Notes: generated by a model from the letters alone, not told the origin. 64,000 bases of DNA from an uncultured Chloroflexia bacterium (GCA_963721015.1 CAVRHM010000006.1:590484-654483); one strand, 5' to 3'. Shown: positions 32,621-42,654, numbered from the stretch's first letter. Numbers and translations are program-made.

Positions 32621-33648
32621 TCAGGGCTCCTCGTACGGGATCTCGACCACGCCGACCCCGCCGGGCGGGACGGCGACCCGGGCCGAACCGACCTCGCGGT
32701 TATCGCCGGCGGCGGGGGTCTCGAGGATGGTGACGCGTGTAGGTCGTCGGCGGCAGGTCCTCGATGACGAACCGCCCGTCCGGCCTCACGCTGATGCCGA
32801 TCGCGTCGCGTGCCCCGATGTCGACATCCGCCTCGTACAGTGGGGTAAGGCTACCGACATCGGTCCCCGGCGGGACGATGATCCGCCCTTCGATCCGTCC
32901 TGTCGGCTGAAGGAGCAGCCCGGTCCCGTCCGACGTGACGCGCAGCTGGCCGTCCTCCGCCCCGACCTGCGCGGCGATCAGGGCGCCCGCGTTCGGGACG
33001 GCGCTCGAGATCGTCACCTCCACCTCGTTGTCGACGATGTCCGTGCTGGTCGTCGACACGAACGCCGGGATGCCGGCGAGGAAGGCCTGATCCTCGAAGA
33101 TCCGCATCTGGAGATCGTTGAGCTCGGCCTCCGTCCAGCGCACCTGGCGGACGGCCAGCGGGGCATCGCCGATGACCTCCCGGACCGCCGCTTCGTGGAG
33201 GTCGGGGTCCGCCGTGACGAGCATCGTGACGATCCCGCCCCGAGCCTGGTCGATGTACAGACCACCGGCGATGTCCGGGTGGTCGGCCAGATACGCCTGG
33301 ACCGCTCCAGCGACCCCGTCCTCGCTGGTCGCGCGGCGCTCGATCTCGGCCATCTCGAAGGCCAGGAGTGGGACGCCGAAGTCCATGACCGCGTCCGGGT
33401 TCGCGGCTACCGCCTGCACCCACGGGAGGTCCGAGCGGATGCCCATCGACTTGCGGAACGCGATCGCCTCCAGGATGTCCGGCCCCGGCGTCGCCTCGGC
33501 GGCGGGCGTCGGGCTTGGCTGCGCGACCGGCTCGTCCGAGCCGACCGGGGCCGGGGTGGTGGATGAGGTCGCCGTGGCGCAGCCCGTGACGATCGAGCAG
33601 CACGAGGCCGAGGATGACGGTCCGGAGGAGCGTGGTGTCCGTGTGCAC
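32621..33648 (-). pseudogene. Secreted lipoprotein of unknown function; two +1 frame breaks
   Basis: GTG at 33648: VHTDTTLLRTVILGLV | CSIVTGCATATSS (lipobox), break near 33600. The body is track ORF 32700..33446. Second break at 32733-38 (..PPTTYT | VTILETPAAGDNREVGSARVAVPPGGVGVVEIPYEEP*, stop at 32621). Confidence 0.55.
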
Positions 33649-33692
33649 GGCCTTGGGACGCTCGGACAAGGTCTCGCGCGACGCGCGGCTCG

Positions 33693-34031
33693 TCAGGGCG
33701 TCGCGGCCTCGGCCGACGGCGCGGTCACGACGATGCCCGGCGCCCGCATCGGCTCGGGCAGGCCGGCTGCCTCGTCGTCGGTCAGGCCGGGCCCGGTCAG
33801 GGCCCCGTTCACGTCGAAGAAGTCGTCGTAGAGCTCCCGGTGCTCCGCCGCGTAGACATAGGCCGCGGCCACGCCCATCGGCTTCAGCTCCGGGTGGTCC
33901 ATGAGCAGCCGGGTCAGGTCGTGCCCGTTCGCCCGGGATTCGAGCAGCTGGCGGACGGTCAGCCGCGAGCCGTAGCAGAACGGCTCCCCGTTCATGACCA
34001 GCGGGTCCTGCTGGACCCACTTGATCGTCAT
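33693..34031 (-). CDS. DUF433 domain protein
   Basis: 112 aa from MTIKWVQQDPLVMNGEPFCYGSRLTVRQLLE, a typical DUF433 core. The long upstream part of the track ORF is non-coding-like. Confidence 0.7.
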   Translation of the reverse strand: MTIKWVQQDPLVMNGEPFCYGSRLTVRQLLESRANGHDLTRLLMDHPELKPMGVAAAYVYAAEHRELYDDFFDVNGALTGPGLTDDEAAGLPEPMRAPGIVVTAPSAEAATP

Positions 34032-34035
34032 CGAC

Positions 34036-34518
34036 TCAGCCGCCCTTGTAGAGGAACTGGAGGAACGCGTTCTTCTTTCGGGCGTCGCCGGCCAGCCGAC
34101 GGTGCCAGCGGAAGACGGCGATCGCCCCGTCCAGGCCGGCATCCGCCGCAGCCAGCTCGTCGGCCACCAGCACGCTCGGCAGCGCGGCCCGCAGGCCGTC
34201 GCACAGGCGGATGAGGTCGTCCAGCGGGACGCCCTTGCGTCGATAGACCGGCACGACCTGCTTGGCGTACTCGCGCAGGGGTGCCGGATCGTCGATCCCG
34301 ACGGCCAGCGCCAGCCGCTCGGCGAGCAGCTCCGCATCGTGGAGGCGGGCTCGCAAGCCGGTCTCGTCGTTGCGCTCGCGGAGCGTCGGGTCGCGGTCCA
34401 GGGCGACTTCCAGGGCCCGCGCGGCGAGCTGCGGGACGGCGGCCTCGATCCGCCGCATCGCCCCCGGATGGACGATGCGCTGGTCGGCAGGTGGCAGGCC
34501 GAGGCTTGGGTGGCTCAC
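34036..34518 (-). CDS. Hypothetical all-helical protein
   Basis: 160 aa with coding-like composition. Ends 4 nt before the DUF433 gene start. No family recognised. Confidence 0.45.
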   Translation of the reverse strand: MSHPSLGLPPADQRIVHPGAMRRIEAAVPQLAARALEVALDRDPTLRERNDETGLRARLHDAELLAERLALAVGIDDPAPLREYAKQVVPVYRRKGVPLDDLIRLCDGLRAALPSVLVADELAAADAGLDGAIAVFRWHRRLAGDARKKNAFLQFLYKGG

Positions 34519-34544
34519 GATCGGGAGTCTAGCGTCCGGCTACG

Positions 34545-35030
34545 ATGGCCGTCATGACCGAACCCACGTCACCGGGCGAGCGCCGGCTGGATCGGCCGCC
34601 GTCGGACCGCTATCTCGAGGCGGCCGCCGACGAGGCGACAGCGGCCGAGGCGACGTCCGGCGGCAGCACCGCTCGCGGCGTCCTCGCCGCGACGGGGGTG
34701 GCGATCGTCGGCGCCATCGTCACCGTCGTCCTGGGTGGGGTGCTGGCCATGTCCGCCGGGCTCCTCGTCGTCTGGGCCGCCGTGGGCTACCTGACCGGGA
34801 TCGCCCTGAAGACCGTGGCCGGACGGACGCTCCCGCCCCCCGGTCGGCCGATCATCGCCGCCGTCCTTGCGCTCGTCGGTATCGCGCTGGGCGCCGTCGG
34901 CCTGTGGGTCTACGCGGGGACGGAGGGCGGTGTCCTGCCCCTCCTCGACTATCTGGCCCAGGCGTTCGGCGCGGTCATCCCGCTGGCGGCGGTCATCGCC
35001 GCCGGCTCGGCTTGGTGGGGCGGACGGTGA
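34545..35030 (+). CDS. Hypothetical integral membrane protein
   Basis: 161 aa with about 4 TM segments. Its stop overlaps the GTG of the next gene (GTGA). Confidence 0.5.
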   Translation: MAVMTEPTSPGERRLDRPPSDRYLEAAADEATAAEATSGGSTARGVLAATGVAIVGAIVTVVLGGVLAMSAGLLVVWAAVGYLTGIALKTVAGRTLPPPGRPIIAAVLALVGIALGAVGLWVYAGTEGGVLPLLDYLAQAFGAVIPLAAVIAAGSAWWGGR

Positions 35031-35522
35031 CCGTCGACGGCCTGACCTTCCGACGGCCGACCGCCGACGACCATCCCCGGATCGTCGCGAACGTCGACGA
35101 GTGGTGGGGCGGACGGCCGCTGCGGTCGCTGCTCCCGCGCCTGTGGCTGGAGCACTTCACCGGGACATCGTGGATCGCGGAACGGGCGGACGGCCGCCTG
35201 GCGGGCTTCATCGTCGGGTTCATCAGCCCGGACGATCCGACGACGGCCTATGCCCACATGATCGGGAGCGATCCCAACCTCCGGCGGGCCGGCATCGGGC
35301 GGGCGCTGTACGAGCGCTTCTTCGCCGATGCCCGCGCAGCCGGCGCGGAGCGGGTGACGGCCGTCGACCTGGCCGGGCAACCGGATCAGCATCGCGTTCC
35401 ATCGGTCGGTCGGGTTCGACGTGGATGACGGGCCTGGCACGACGCCGGTCTACGGGACGCCGTCGCATCTCGATCACGACGGCCCGGGCGATGACCGGGT
35501 GGTGTTCGTCCGCCGGCTCTGA
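35027..35522 (+). pseudogene. GNAT family N-acetyltransferase; one +1 frame break
   Basis: VTVDGLTFRRPT..RRAGIGRALYERFF..ERVTAV | WPGNRISIAFHRSVGFDVDDG..RVVFVRRL*. The break is at about 35364-35370. The conserved N..SI.FH..GF tail is in the +1 frame. Confidence 0.7.
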
Positions 35523-35590
35523 CGCGGCGGGAACCGGCCGGCGCCGGACGGTGTAGGTAGGACATCGTCGCAGCCACCCGGAGGCCCACC

Positions 35591-36367
35591 ATGCGTCACC
35601 GATCCCTCGCCGCCGTCCTTCTGGCGAGCCTGGCCGTCCTCACGTTGTCCGCCACCAGCGTCCTCGCCGGTGGCTGGGCGGACGTCAAGCCCGATGCGGG
35701 CACGCTCGAGCAACCGCCGATCGAGGGCGAGTCGACCGTCATCGGCTTCACGATCCTCCAGCATGGCGTGACGCCGGCGGGCTGGATCACGCCGACCGTG
35801 ATCCTCACCGACCTCGCATCCGGCGAGCGGATGGAGGTCGCCGCTCCCGCCGGTGACGAGCAGGGCCACTTCGCCGTGCCGGTCACGCTACCGCGCTCGG
35901 GCCTGTGGACCTGGACCGTCGCCTTCGACGAGCTGGCCCACGACGGACGGACCTTCCCGTTGACCGTCCGGCTCGCTGATGGGTCCATGCCGGCCGTCGA
36001 TCCGGGGCTCGCCCTGTCCGCGGTCCAGCAGGTGAAGAGCGACGTGACCGCTCAGATGACGGACACCCTGTCCATGGAGATCGGACGCATCGACACCGCC
36101 CTCAGCCTGGGCGCCTCCTACGACGAGCGCCACACCCACCAGCTGACCGAGCTGACCGCCGAGCGCGATGCGCTGGCGGCCCGGGTCGAGGCGCTGGAGG
36201 CCGGAGGCGGGACCGGGACGTCGATGATCCTCATGGTCCTGCTGGCCGTCCTGGCCGGCGCGGCCGCCGGCTTCGCGATGAGCTGGCTGGGTAGCCGCAC
36301 CGGGACGCGCGAGATCGAGGTCAGCCCCGCCCCCGCGACGTCGCCCCAAGGATCGCCGACGGCGTGA
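35591..36367 (+). CDS. Hypothetical exported protein with a coiled-coil and a C-terminal TM anchor
   Basis: 258 aa. Signal peptide MRHRSLAAVLLASLAVLTLSATSVLA and C-terminal TM MILMVLLAVLAGAAAGFAM. Confidence 0.5.
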   Translation: MRHRSLAAVLLASLAVLTLSATSVLAGGWADVKPDAGTLEQPPIEGESTVIGFTILQHGVTPAGWITPTVILTDLASGERMEVAAPAGDEQGHFAVPVTLPRSGLWTWTVAFDELAHDGRTFPLTVRLADGSMPAVDPGLALSAVQQVKSDVTAQMTDTLSMEIGRIDTALSLGASYDERHTHQLTELTAERDALAARVEALEAGGGTGTSMILMVLLAVLAGAAAGFAMSWLGSRTGTREIEVSPAPATSPQGSPTA

Positions 36368-37625
36368 TCGGCTCGTGGAGGAGCCGCCCGAACCGAGCGA
36401 CCCGCTCGTCGGGCGGCACCGCCTCCAGCCACCGGCGGATGAGCACTTCGCCTTCGGCATAGACGAAGACGTACGTTCGCCACAGCGGGTGCTCGATGAA
36501 CTCGAGGCGCTTGGCCGCCACGGCCGGGGCGAACCCCCCGACCTCGACGAGGAAGTCGAGCACCTCGTCGTGCGACCGACCGTCGGCGTGGCGCAGAAGG
36601 GCGGCATCGCCGCGTGACCCGTCGAGGACCCGGCGGGCGGCCGCCAGCTCCGTAGCGACCCGGGCCGTGGTCGTGCTCTGTGCCGGATCTCGTGCGACGT
36701 CCATGCCGGCCCGTTCGAACAGGTCGACCAGCAGGTCGTCGGCTTCGTCGGCGGGCACCGCGAAGGACGTCCCGAAGTCGGCCAGGCCCTCACTGATCGG
36801 GCACTCCGGCGTATTGATCACGAGGATCGATGCCTCGAGGTGGCCCTGGGCATCGACGAGGTCCGCCTCCTTCCAGGCATGCTCCAGGTGGTGGCCGGGG
36901 TACGTCTCGTGTGCGACCGTGTGGATGAGGTTCGGGGCCCGGATCGGCAGGTCCATGTTGATGTCGACCCGCGAGCGCCGCCCGCCTTGGAACCAGTTGT
37001 ACCCGCTCCACGGCTGATCCCGGACCAGCGACACCTGGAGGTGCTCGCCGTCCGGCAGGCCGAAGAGCGTCGCGGCCCGGGTCCGGAACCGCTCGACGAG
37101 CCAGGCCACGACCGACTCGACCCGCTCGGGCGAAACCTCCATCGTCTCGTCCCAGGCGGCGAGGCGCTCGGACAGCGGCGCTGACCCCGGCAGGAGGCGG
37201 TCGATCGTGGCGCGGGCCTCGGCGAATACGGCTGGATCGTGGCGCGCCGGCGCGAAGCCCATGCAGCGCGCGACGTGGGCCTCATAGGGCAGCGGCTCGC
37301 CATCGAGTCCAGCGGCGTGCGCCTCGAGCGCGTCCAGCTGGGCCTCGAGCCAGGTCCGCCTGTCGGCTGTCTCGACCTCGTCAGCCAGGCGCCCCCGCAG
37401 GCTGGCCACGTCCTCACGCAGGCGGCCCGGCGAGCGCGGCTGCTCCATATCGACCCGGGCCTTGAGCGCCGCCGGCCCGAAATAGCCGTCAACCAGACCG
37501 GGGATGCCCCGGTCCAGCCGTAGCCCGAGCAGGATGTAGGCCTCCGCGATCGGGTCTGCCGTCGGAACCAGCCGCATACCGCCGACGGCCGAGACCATCC
37601 GACCACTCGGGCCGGCGTCGGTCAT
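36321..37625 (-). CDS. DUF885 family protein (putative metallopeptidase-like)
   Basis: 434 aa with motif HETYPGHHLEH. ATGA-coupled to the upstream gene. Convergently overlaps the previous gene by 47 nt. Confidence 0.65.
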   Translation of the reverse strand: MTDAGPSGRMVSAVGGMRLVPTADPIAEAYILLGLRLDRGIPGLVDGYFGPAALKARVDMEQPRSPGRLREDVASLRGRLADEVETADRRTWLEAQLDALEAHAAGLDGEPLPYEAHVARCMGFAPARHDPAVFAEARATIDRLLPGSAPLSERLAAWDETMEVSPERVESVVAWLVERFRTRAATLFGLPDGEHLQVSLVRDQPWSGYNWFQGGRRSRVDINMDLPIRAPNLIHTVAHETYPGHHLEHAWKEADLVDAQGHLEASILVINTPECPISEGLADFGTSFAVPADEADDLLVDLFERAGMDVARDPAQSTTTARVATELAAARRVLDGSRGDAALLRHADGRSHDEVLDFLVEVGGFAPAVAAKRLEFIEHPLWRTYVFVYAEGEVLIRRWLEAVPPDERVARFGRLLHEPITPSAILGATSRGRG

Positions 37626-38182
37626 CGCTGCATCCGGTCGGGGCGCGGCGCCCGTGGCTCACCGTGATCGCGGTGCGCCTCGGCCTCGCGACGCGCCGCG
37701 GCCAGGCGCTCGGCCAGGCCCGGATCGGGCGGCAGGCCGGTCCGGTCGGGCGGGAGGTCGGCGCCGCCACGATCGGCCCCCCGCCGGGGGTCCGCGGTCG
37801 TCGTGGTCGGGTCGGCCGACGTTGTCGTTCCCGGCCCGGCTTCGCCGCCGCCCAACCCGCCGGTCTCGCCGACGAACGGCATGTCCTGACGCTCGACCGC
37901 GTCGAGGCTCATCCGGAGAGCGGCCGTCTTCTGGGTCGCGACCTCGCGCACGTAGGCGGCCTCCTCGTCAGCGGTCATCGGCCGGCCACGGACGATGCCC
38001 TTGGGCTTGCCGACCATGAGCCAGGCGAGGTGGTAGCGGTCCATGCTCCCCCAGGCCATCGACAGCAGGTCGTCGGACAGCTGCAACCATACCTGCAGCG
38101 CGCCGAGCGACGGCTGCGCCTGGAGCCGGGCGCCCTCGTCGATGAGCTGACTCGTGCGCCGGATGAGCTCATCACGGGTCAT
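37622..38182 (-). CDS. Hypothetical protein
   Basis: 186 aa from MTRDELIRRTSQLIDEG. ATGA overlaps at both ends (38179-82 and 37622-25). Confidence 0.45.
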   Translation of the reverse strand: MTRDELIRRTSQLIDEGARLQAQPSLGALQVWLQLSDDLLSMAWGSMDRYHLAWLMVGKPKGIVRGRPMTADEEAAYVREVATQKTAALRMSLDAVERQDMPFVGETGGLGGGEAGPGTTTSADPTTTTADPRRGADRGGADLPPDRTGLPPDPGLAERLAAARREAEAHRDHGEPRAPRPDRMQR

Positions 38183-39129
38183 GCCCGGGCCCCGCCGATG
38201 GCCGCGTCGGCCTCGCCGCTCGGTCCGCCGCGGGCCCCGATCATCGCCTCCCGGGCGTCGCGGGCGCGCTGGGTCCAAGGCCCGGGCCGGCCGTCGCCGA
38301 TGGGTGCGCCGTCGAACCGGGTGACCGGCAGGATGCCGGCGACGCTCGAGCACAGGAAGGCTTCGTCGGCGGCGGCGAGGTCGGCCCGGTGCAGACGTGC
38401 CTCGACCGGGCGGAGGCCCGCGGGACCGGCCCAGCCCAGCAACCAGGAACGTGTGGTGCCGGGCAGGATGGCGCAATCGAGGGCCGGGGTCGCCAGCTCG
38501 ACGGCGCCGTCCGCGGCGACCCGGACGAGGAACAGGTTGGCGCTGGTGGACTCGGACAGGTGGTCGTCGATGGTCAGGAACAGGGCATCGTCCGCGTTCG
38601 CCCGGCGTGCCTCCAGGCGGGCATAGACGTACTCGGCGCGGGACGTCGTCTTGAGCGTCGCGAGCGGATCCTGCGGGTCGCGCCGGACACGACTCGTTAC
38701 GAGGTGGAGGCCGTCTTCGAGGTGGGAACGCGGTGGCGTGACCACCGGCCAGACCTGGATCGCCACCGTGGCCGGCACGCCTTCGTCCGGCGGCAGCACA
38801 CCGCGGGCCCGGAACGCCCCGCGGGAGACGGTGATGCGCACCGACGCGTCGCCCTCCGGGCCCTCGAGCCCCTCGGCCTCGAGGAGGGCGCCGACCCCGG
38901 CCGCGACCCGCGCTTCGAGGTCGTCGGGGAGGGTGATCTCGAGCCCGTCAGCGGAGCGGCGCAATCGGGCCAGATGCTCGCTCAGCTCGGTCGGATGGCC
39001 GCCGCGCGCGCGGAGCGTCTCGAAGACCCCGTCCCCGAGCTGGAACCCCCGATCGAACACCGACAGGTGCGGGCCGTCGGCGGGGACGACCTCACCATCG
39101 ACCCAGACGTGGCCGGGTCGATGCGTCAC
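38179..39129 (-). CDS. pabC: Class IV aminotransferase-fold enzyme, aminodeoxychorismate lyase-like
   Basis: 316 aa from the GTG at 39129, which overlaps the pabB stop (GTGA). Fold-type IV pattern (..FDRGFQLGDGVFETLR.. and ..SANLFLV..). The pabB context supports the call. Confidence 0.7.
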   Translation of the reverse strand: MTHRPGHVWVDGEVVPADGPHLSVFDRGFQLGDGVFETLRARGGHPTELSEHLARLRRSADGLEITLPDDLEARVAAGVGALLEAEGLEGPEGDASVRITVSRGAFRARGVLPPDEGVPATVAIQVWPVVTPPRSHLEDGLHLVTSRVRRDPQDPLATLKTTSRAEYVYARLEARRANADDALFLTIDDHLSESTSANLFLVRVAADGAVELATPALDCAILPGTTRSWLLGWAGPAGLRPVEARLHRADLAAADEAFLCSSVAGILPVTRFDGAPIGDGRPGPWTQRARDAREAMIGARGGPSGEADAAIGGARA

Positions 39130-40595
39130 CCGGCGATCTCCTCGCCGCCGATGGCGCCCAGCGGGCCGCGGGCCTTGGCCACGGTCTCGTCCCACTCCGC
39201 GGCCGGGTCGCTGCCCCAGGTGATGCCGCCGCCGACGTGGAGGGTCAGCCGACGCCCGTCGGCGACGAAGGTGCGGATGAGGATGCTCGTCTGCATCGCT
39301 CCGTCCGGTCCCATCCAGCCGAGAGCGCCCGTGTACGGCCCGCGCCGGACCGGTTCCAGCCCCTCCAGGATCTCCATCGCCCGGATCTTGGGGGCGCCGG
39401 TGATCGAGCCGCCCGGGAAGGACGCGGCGACGAGGTCGAAGGCGTCGCGATCGGGCGCCAGGCGGCCGGTGACCGTCGATACGAGGTGCTGGACGGCCGC
39501 CGTCCGCTCCAGGCGGCACAGCCGCGGGACGCGGACCGAGCCCGGCCGGCAGACCCGCCCCAGGTCGTTGCGCAGGACGTCGACGATCATGACGTTCTCG
39601 GCCCGGTCCTTGGCGCTGCATAGCAGGTCGCGGGCGAGCGTCCGGTCCTCCGCCCGGGTCCGACCGCGCGGGCGCGTGCCCTTGATCGGATCCGATGCGA
39701 CGTGGCCCTCGGCATCGACCGCGAGGAACGGCTCCGGCGAGGCCGAGAGGAGCGCGCGTGGCCGCCCGGTCTCGGGCGATGGACCCAGGTCCAGGTAGGC
39801 GGAGAACAGGGAGGGATCGCCGGTCCGCAGCTGGCGGTAGGGCTCCCAGGGGTCGCCACCGAACGGCGCCTCGAGGCGGCGGGTCAGGTTGGCCTGGTAG
39901 AGGTCGCCCTGGGCGATGTGGTCGCGCACCTGCTCGACGGCGGCCTCGAACTCGGGCTTCGACCGGGACGACCGGAAGTGAAGCGTCCCGCCCATCGCCG
40001 CCGGCGCGCCACCCACGGCGTCGCCCGGGGTCATCGGCGCCCGGGTCACGGGCGTGGTCAGGCGGGCGTGGACGTCATCAAGGCGCCGAGCCAGCCGGCG
40101 GGCGTCCCCATCGAGCGCCCGGCCGGCCAGCCAGGCATGACCGGTCCGCCGGTCCCAGGCGACCACCCAGTCGTGCAGGGCGAGGCGCATCGGTGGCAGG
40201 CCCTGGTCGTCCGGGGTGAGCGTCGGGAGACGCTCCAGGGCGTGCCCCAGGTCGTAGCCCAGGAACCCGACGAGGCCGCCCAGGAACCGGGGCGCATCGG
40301 CCGGGACGATCGGCGTCGGATCCAGACGGGCCAGCAAGCGGCGGGCGACGGCGAACGGGTCCGGCCCGGCGGCCGGCGCCTCCAGGACGGCGACCGGATC
40401 GGCGGTCAGATACGTCCAGCGGGCGTTGCGGCCGGGCCGGGCACTCTCGAGCAGGGCCAGCCCGGGCAGGTCGCGGAACGACTCGGCGATGTCGATCGGC
40501 CGCGCATCGGCGACTCGATCGGGCAGGCGGCGCAGGCGGACCCGGCGCGTATCTGAGGTGGGCGGGCCGGGCGAGTCGGGACCGACGGGGATCAC
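39126..40595 (-). CDS. pabB: Aminodeoxychorismate synthase component I (chorismate-binding enzyme)
   Basis: Motifs SPEPFL, PGGSITGAPK and RGPYTGALGW. The start is set to the GTG at 40595 because the ATG at 40673 would overlap the divergent gene. Confidence 0.8.
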   Translation of the reverse strand: MIPVGPDSPGPPTSDTRRVRLRRLPDRVADARPIDIAESFRDLPGLALLESARPGRNARWTYLTADPVAVLEAPAAGPDPFAVARRLLARLDPTPIVPADAPRFLGGLVGFLGYDLGHALERLPTLTPDDQGLPPMRLALHDWVVAWDRRTGHAWLAGRALDGDARRLARRLDDVHARLTTPVTRAPMTPGDAVGGAPAAMGGTLHFRSSRSKPEFEAAVEQVRDHIAQGDLYQANLTRRLEAPFGGDPWEPYRQLRTGDPSLFSAYLDLGPSPETGRPRALLSASPEPFLAVDAEGHVASDPIKGTRPRGRTRAEDRTLARDLLCSAKDRAENVMIVDVLRNDLGRVCRPGSVRVPRLCRLERTAAVQHLVSTVTGRLAPDRDAFDLVAASFPGGSITGAPKIRAMEILEGLEPVRRGPYTGALGWMGPDGAMQTSILIRTFVADGRRLTLHVGGGITWGSDPAAEWDETVAKARGPLGAIGGEEIAG

Positions 40596-40663
40596 CCGCC
40601 GATGATACGGCTGCCGATCGGAACGGCCCCCGGCCCGAACGTCCCGCCGGGTACAGTCTCCCG

Positions 40664-41788
40664 ATGCGAGCACGAGACCTGGGCATCACCATCGGGCGGG
40701 GGACGCCCGGTCCGCTCAACGCCATCACCGACGTCGCCGGCGTGACCGTCGGCCACACGACCCTCAACCGCGGCGACGGTCCGCTGGTCATCGGCCAGGG
40801 ACCGGTGCGGACCGGCGTGACCGTCATCTGTCCGCGGGGCGCGGCGGACTGGCGCGAGCCGGTCTACGCCGGTTGTCATCGCCTCAACGGCAACGGGGAG
40901 CTGACCGGGCTGGAGTGGGTCCGCGAGTCCGGCCTCCTCACGACGCCGATCGCGATCACGAACACCCACAGCGTCGGGATCGTCCGCGACGCCCTTGTCG
41001 CGGCATCGGTCCGCCGCGACCCCCACGAGGCGGCCTGGTCGTTGCCGGTCGTCGGCGAGACCTACGACGGCCTGCTCAACGACATCAACGGCTTCCACGT
41101 GACCGCCGGACACCTCGACGCGGCGCTCGATGCGGCCGGTGCCGGGCCGGTGGCCGAGGGCGCCGTCGGCGGCGGGACGGGCATGGTCTGCCACGAGTTC
41201 AAGGGCGGGATCGGGACCGCCTCACGGGTCCTGGCCGCCGACGTCGGCGGGTTCACGGTCGCGGCCCTGGTCCAGGCCAACTACGGCAAGCGCGACTGGC
41301 TGCGCGTCGACGGCGTGCGTGTCGGCGAAGCCATCCCGACGTCCGAGGTTTCCAGCCCGTACGCGCAGGCTCGTCGGGCCTCGCCGCCACCCGGATCCGG
41401 GTCGATCATCGTCGTCCTGGCCACCGATGCGCCGCTCCTGCCCCACCAGTGCGAGCGCCTGGCCCAGCGGGCCGGGCTTGGCATCGCCCGCGTCGGCGGG
41501 ACGGGCGGCCACACCAGCGGCGACCTGTTCATCGCCTTCGCCACCGGCAACCGGCTGCCCGTCGCGTCGGACGTCGACGACGACCCCGCCGGCCGCGGGA
41601 CGCACACCGTGCAGACCGTCGGCGACGTCGTCATCGACCGGCTGTTCGACGGCGCGATCGAGGCCACCGAGGAGGCGATCGTCAACGCCCTCGTCGCGGC
41701 GGAAACGGTCGTCGGCCGCGATGGCGTCACGGCTCACGCCCTCCCGCACGATCGATTGCGCGAGGTCATGGCCGCCGCCGGCCGATGA
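40664..41788 (+). CDS. DmpA/BapA-type (P1, S58) aminopeptidase
   Basis: 374 aa. MRARDLGITIGRGTPGPLNAITDVAGVTVGHTT and GSIIVVLATDAPL are typical of the family. Confidence 0.8.
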   Translation: MRARDLGITIGRGTPGPLNAITDVAGVTVGHTTLNRGDGPLVIGQGPVRTGVTVICPRGAADWREPVYAGCHRLNGNGELTGLEWVRESGLLTTPIAITNTHSVGIVRDALVAASVRRDPHEAAWSLPVVGETYDGLLNDINGFHVTAGHLDAALDAAGAGPVAEGAVGGGTGMVCHEFKGGIGTASRVLAADVGGFTVAALVQANYGKRDWLRVDGVRVGEAIPTSEVSSPYAQARRASPPPGSGSIIVVLATDAPLLPHQCERLAQRAGLGIARVGGTGGHTSGDLFIAFATGNRLPVASDVDDDPAGRGTHTVQTVGDVVIDRLFDGAIEATEEAIVNALVAAETVVGRDGVTAHALPHDRLREVMAAAGR

Positions 41789-42654
41789 TCATCCGCGCCG
41801 GCCGGCCCGACGACGCCGCGGCGATGGCCGCGGTCGCGATCGCCGCCGAGGCGGCGCCGGGACCCATCGGATCGTCAGCCGACACGCCGGGCATCCCGGA
41901 AGCCGGGCAGATCGCGTATTTCGGGCACCTGCTGTCACGAGCACGGGTCGCCGTGGCCGAAGGCGACGGGGCGATGATCGGGTTCGGGGCCACCGCCTGG
42001 ACCGGCCGGGCCCTCCATCTCGCCGACCTGTTCGTCCGGCCCGAGCGGCAAGGCCACGGGATCGGACGCCGCCTCCTCGAGGCGATCATCGATGGGACGC
42101 GGCCCCTGACGACGTTTGCCTCGGACGACCCGCGGGCGCTGCCCCTCTACGTCCGGGCCGGCATGGACGCCTGGTGGCCCAACCTGTATCTCGCCGGCGA
42201 CCCGACCCGGCTGGCCGCCACGCCCGATGGCTATGAGGTGACCGACGCACCGCTGGCCGAGGTCGCCCAGCTGGAGCGGCAGTGGGCGGGCCTGGATCGC
42301 ACCCCGGAGCTGCCCTACTGGGCGACGCTCCCCGGCGGGCAGGCCGCGGTCGTGCGCCGCGACGGCGCCATCGTCGGTGCGGGCTTCGTGCGCGATCGCC
42401 TGTCGGGTCCCGGGCGCTGGGTGGACCATGCGCTCGTGGCGCCGGATGCGCTCGGTCCGCCGGCGCTGCTGGCGCTCGTCCGCCACGGTCTGGCCGGGGC
42501 GCCGATCGGCGGGGCCTGCGTGCCGGGGCCGTCCGCCCTGGTCCGGACCCTGCTCGAGGCCGGCTTCACGATCCGGGACCGCGACACGTTCCTGGCCAGC
42601 GACCCGTCCATCGTCGACCCCCACCGCGAGATCGTGAACACCGGCTTCCTCTAG
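41785..42654 (+). CDS. GNAT family acetyltransferase (two-domain)
   Basis: 289 aa, MIIRAGRPDDAAAM.., motif RQGHGIGRRLLEA. ATGA-coupled to the peptidase. Confidence 0.65.
   Translation: MIIRAGRPDDAAAMAAVAIAAEAAPGPIGSSADTPGIPEAGQIAYFGHLLSRARVAVAEGDGAMIGFGATAWTGRALHLADLFVRPERQGHGIGRRLLEAIIDGTRPLTTFASDDPRALPLYVRAGMDAWWPNLYLAGDPTRLAATPDGYEVTDAPLAEVAQLERQWAGLDRTPELPYWATLPGGQAAVVRRDGAIVGAGFVRDRLSGPGRWVDHALVAPDALGPPALLALVRHGLAGAPIGGACVPGPSALVRTLLEAGFTIRDRDTFLASDPSIVDPHREIVNTGFL

Noticed and set aside
36321-36367. The 47-nt convergent overlap between the exported protein and the DUF885 gene, as a possible further hidden frameshift.
   Set aside because: Neither alternative frame gives a more convincing C-terminus, so I left both ends as in the track.
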